From: an uncultured Chitinophaga sp.
GTDB taxonomy: Bacteria; Bacteroidota; Bacteroidia; NS11-12g; UBA955
DNA length: 40,181 bases
Assembly (NCBI GenBank): GCA_964600345.1
Contig: CAZRKA010000004.1
Span: 1-40,181, forward strand
Direction: 5' to 3'
In this document: positions 37,638-40,181 of the stretch, piece by piece
How the letters are laid out: the number at the start of each line of letters is the position of its first letter
How positions within the stretch are numbered: the stretch's first letter is position 1
Made by a program: the position numbers and the translations under genes
Notes under the pieces: generated by a model
Told to the model about the DNA's origin: nothing
Databases searched by the model: none
The model's input: only the letters and a program-made list of their open reading frames with translations

Positions 37638-39779
37638 TCAGCGCACAAGCTGAACAACACCATTCACGATTTTTTTCTGCTGTGTATTGCTGTTGTAAAA
37701 TTCGAAGATATAATAATAGGTGCCGGAAGGACAGGGTTCAGATGCATCATTGCCATAACCACCATTCCAGAAACCATCGCTTGGATAGTCAAATCCATAA
37801 ACCACATTACCCCAGCGATTGAATATTTTTCCTTTCAATTGATCAAATCCGCTGAAACGCGCTTCAAAAAGATCGTTTAGCTCACTGCTTCCATCAACGT
37901 TTCCATTGATATCTCCCGGTGTAAATACATTCGGAATTACCACCGAATTGGAATCGCAATTGATAAAATTAAGCTTGATTGTATCCGTGTATGAACATTT
38001 ATTGCTGTCGATGAGTGTCAGCCATACAGTTTGAGTATTATTTACCACTATCAATTGCGCTGTCGAGTTGTTGCTCCATCTGAAGGATGTTTTGGGTTCA
38101 ACTACCGGGGCAAGCTGAAAGAAAATACCATTGCATACATTACTGTCTTTTCCAAGATCAAAATAAGGTCTCTTATGTACGCTGATTATGCGCTGGAATG
38201 TGTCGCTGCTGCATCCGGTGTTGTTTGGATAAAATGCAGTCAGCAATAATTTATACTTTCCGGTTTTAGGATATTGTTTACTTACCGAGTCGCCGTTCGC
38301 AGTGCTTCCATCTCCGAAATTCCACAGAAAATTGGCAGTAGAATCCGATTTTGCCTTAAAATTAAACACGTTGAACGAGTCGCAGGTGCTTGTTTTATTC
38401 GATTCCAGCAAAAGCCTTGTGATACTGTTTTCGTAAGCTGATCCGATTTCGGTAGCATAGCTTTCGTCTTTGCCATAGGCATACATATATGCTATAAATC
38501 CTTTTTCTGAACTAATCTGATATTTGAGACTCGGATCAAGTTTAATATTACCGATTGACATATTGCATACGTTAATGAATGCATTGGTATCAAGCGGCTG
38601 ATTGTTTATTCTTAAACCGGAAAGTGTTCCTGCAGGACAGGCAATACCGACATAAAATTCGGCAGGAAAACTGGGGTTTTGAGCAATATTACTGGTGTAA
38701 GGGAAACTGAAGCCTGCTGAAGTGGTTGTTTGATCATCCGGAATAACACTCATCAGACTTGGGTTTCCTAAATTGTCATTTTGCCCGTTGCACTCACCGC
38801 TTTTCATTAATTGAACTACCGAAATTGCTTTATCAGATCTGATACAAACACTGACATTGGCTTTCTGATTAACAATGTGAACCTGACCCTTACTTAAAAC
38901 AGTAACGGGTGTATTATCGAGAAAAAGGGTAGTGTTGTTTTCCGTCGCAACCACCTGGTAGTAATAACCTCCGTTCATGCCGCTGAATGGGATGGTGGTA
39001 AAAGATTTCCCGAGATACTGCAGTGGCCTGCTCTGATTGTAAAGGTGATCGCATCCCCGGCAGTTACCCGAACTGTAATCCACGTAAGAACATTTTGCTC
39101 CTTCATAGACTACGAAACGTTTACAGCCATTGCTGTTCCAAATCCTGGTTCCTGCGAAAGACTGGCTGTCCGAGGCTTGCTCGTAATAAACCTGACCTTT
39201 TCTGAGCCATATTCCGAAATGGGTATTTTTGACAAGATTGTACTTTGAGTCAGCACTTGGCATGACGTTGATGAAACAACTGTCGTCTATTGCCACTACC
39301 GAAAACAGGCTGTTATTGGCTTTTCCAATTGACTCGTCGCCACGCCAGGTATTAATATAGTATTCTGGATTGCCGGGTACGCGGTCGGTAGGAGTGATGG
39401 CCGAAATATCACTGCTGTTCTGAACATTGTTCATGACGTATAGTGATACCGGTTTGTGTGATGTTACCAGTATACCTTTATTTGGACCAAACTGAAATGC
39501 ATTAGGTGTGGTGAATTTCGTGTAGCTGATGATTGTATCAAAATTTTTGTATACAATATGCGGAAACGTATTTGCACCGACAGATATACGTATAGTGTCC
39601 GGCAGGCTTGTCAATGAAACGACAAACGAAACCTTATCGAGGCTGCCATAATTTTCCAGTAAAGTGAATCTGAACTCTTTTCCGTAATTACTCGTCTGGT
39701 TCTGTGCTCTTAGATTCTGTGTGCTTAATAGGAAAAATAAAATGGTGGTTTGAAGGAAAAATGGGGGCGAAAATCGCAT
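37638..39779 (-). CDS. T9SS type-B sorting-domain (gliding motility-associated C-terminal domain) cargo protein with PKD domain
   Basis: C-terminus VIPNVFTPGDINGNVDGSSELNDLF...GKIFNRWGNVVY...CPSGTYYYIFEF...VNGVVQLVR matches the TIGR04131-type CTD. FLWNFGDGSTANGDSVSKQYPKTGKYKLLLTA is a PKD motif. N-terminal YGKEFRFTLLENYG resembles IgGFc-binding-type beta-helix domains. Start moved to ATG 39779 (MRFSPPFFLQTTILFFLLSTQNLRAQ signal). Confidence 0.85.
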   Translation of the reverse strand: MRFSPPFFLQTTILFFLLSTQNLRAQNQTSNYGKEFRFTLLENYGSLDKVSFVVSLTSLPDTIRISVGANTFPHIVYKNFDTIISYTKFTTPNAFQFGPNKGILVTSHKPVSLYVMNNVQNSSDISAITPTDRVPGNPEYYINTWRGDESIGKANNSLFSVVAIDDSCFINVMPSADSKYNLVKNTHFGIWLRKGQVYYEQASDSQSFAGTRIWNSNGCKRFVVYEGAKCSYVDYSSGNCRGCDHLYNQSRPLQYLGKSFTTIPFSGMNGGYYYQVVATENNTTLFLDNTPVTVLSKGQVHIVNQKANVSVCIRSDKAISVVQLMKSGECNGQNDNLGNPSLMSVIPDDQTTTSAGFSFPYTSNIAQNPSFPAEFYVGIACPAGTLSGLRINNQPLDTNAFINVCNMSIGNIKLDPSLKYQISSEKGFIAYMYAYGKDESYATEIGSAYENSITRLLLESNKTSTCDSFNVFNFKAKSDSTANFLWNFGDGSTANGDSVSKQYPKTGKYKLLLTAFYPNNTGCSSDTFQRIISVHKRPYFDLGKDSNVCNGIFFQLAPVVEPKTSFRWSNNSTAQLIVVNNTQTVWLTLIDSNKCSYTDTIKLNFINCDSNSVVIPNVFTPGDINGNVDGSSELNDLFEARFSGFDQLKGKIFNRWGNVVYGFDYPSDGFWNGGYGNDASEPCPSGTYYYIFEFYNSNTQQKKIVNGVVQLVR

Positions 39780-39788
39780 GTATTTGTG

Positions 39789-39796
39789 CAAATATA
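39789..39796 (-). promoter_or_regulatory. candidate -7 box (TATATTTG) for the T9SS cargo gene
   Basis: The reverse complement of caaatata is an exact TAnnTTTG. It overlaps the ORF-track TTG start (39791) and lies 10 nt upstream of ATG 39779. Confidence 0.35.
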
Positions 39797-39865
39797 TTTT
39801 TTTCTTTTATCAGGTAAATCTCTACTTTTGACGACATTTTTGTGGAAAAGGTTGCTTATGTCCAC

Positions 39866-39873
39866 TATTTTTG
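39866..39873 (+). promoter_or_regulatory. candidate -7 box (TATTTTTG) for the M16 peptidase gene
   Basis: Exact TAnnTTTG, 28 nt upstream of the ATG at 39901. Confidence 0.4.
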
Positions 39874-39900
39874 TACAATTATTATTCCAAACTTTATAAA

Positions 39901-40181
39901 ATGAAAAAATTCTATTTTGTTTCAATTGCTTTAGCCCTTCTGTTTAACAACGCGGCGAGTGCTCAGACAGCCACTCTGATTAAAAAAGTTGATGCTCAAC
40001 CGGGCAAACTTGTAATCCCTTACGAAAAGTATCGTCTTCCAAACGGACTTACCGTAATTATCAATGAGGATCACAGCGATCCGGTAGTCCACGTCGAAGT
40101 TACCTATCACGTTGGGTCCAACCGCGAAACCCCGAGAAGAACCGGATTTGCACACTTCTTCGAACACATGATGTTTCAGGG
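39901..40181 (+). CDS. M16-family (pitrilysin/insulinase-like) zinc peptidase, 3'-truncated by the window edge
   Basis: Not in the ORF track because there is no stop in the window. Hand translation: MKKFYFVSIALALLFNNAASAQTATLIKKVDAQPGKLVIPYEKYRLPNGLTVIINEDHSDPVVHVEVTYHVGSNRETPRRTGFAHFFEHMMFQ. This shows a signal peptide and the inverted zinc motif HxxEH (HFFEH). Confidence 0.8.
   Translation, partial: MKKFYFVSIALALLFNNAASAQTATLIKKVDAQPGKLVIPYEKYRLPNGLTVIINEDHSDPVVHVEVTYHVGSNRETPRRTGFAHFFEHMMFQ

Noticed and set aside
39873-39890. Sigma54-like element on the minus strand, TTGGAATaataaTTGTAC (TGGAAT-N5-TTGTA), about 95 nt upstream of the T9SS cargo gene and next to the sigma54 regulator.
   Set aside because: It has two mismatches in the -24 hexamer and loses the near-invariant GC of the -12 element. 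It lies in an AT-rich region where such partial matches are expected by chance.
1-40181. Looked for tRNA/rRNA/tmRNA/SRP signatures, CRISPR-like spaced repeats, IS or transposase or integrase genes, toxin-antitoxin pairs and known defence-system gene sets.
   Set aside because: None was recognised by eye on either strand. All ORFs over 100 aa not listed as features are shadow ORFs. A computational scan (tRNAscan-SE, Infernal/Rfam, CRISPR finders, DefenseFinder/PADLOC) would be needed to exclude small elements definitively.

Overview
The window reads as compact, mostly housekeeping chromosome from a member of the Bacteroidota. Supporting evidence: the gliding-motility genes gldB and gldA-gldF-gldG, a cargo protein with a T9SS type-B C-terminal sorting domain, a long-tailed ribosomal protein S16, and recurring TAnnTTTG -7 promoter boxes. 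About 40 CDS fill roughly 90% of the sequence. They include prfC (5' partial), etfBA, nadE, a TrkH-type K+ transporter, dnaX, rpsP-rimM-trmD, a leucine dehydrogenase, Sua5/TsaC, a sigma54-dependent response regulator, a TonB-dependent receptor and an M16 peptidase (3' partial). CDS coordinates include the stop codon. Several ORF-track starts (alternative TTG/GTG codons) were moved to better-supported ATGs. I found no rRNA, tRNA, CRISPR array, transposase, integrase or recognisable defence or toxin module, and no convincing new multi-gene system. The strongest non-trivial signal is in dnaX. Its zero frame stops 4 codons after an A10 run, while the -1 frame stays open for 202 more codons that look like the tau C-terminus. 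This is either recoding or transcriptional slippage with the inverse polarity to E. coli, or a homopolymer sequencing error. Lesser items: a terminator-like hairpin inside the first codons of rimM, a structured rpsP leader, two GT-C-like membrane proteins (one wedged between dnaX and gldAFG), an AT-rich pair of orphan secreted proteins, and an orphan sigma54 regulator next to the T9SS cargo gene. All family assignments come from motif recognition by eye; no searches were run.
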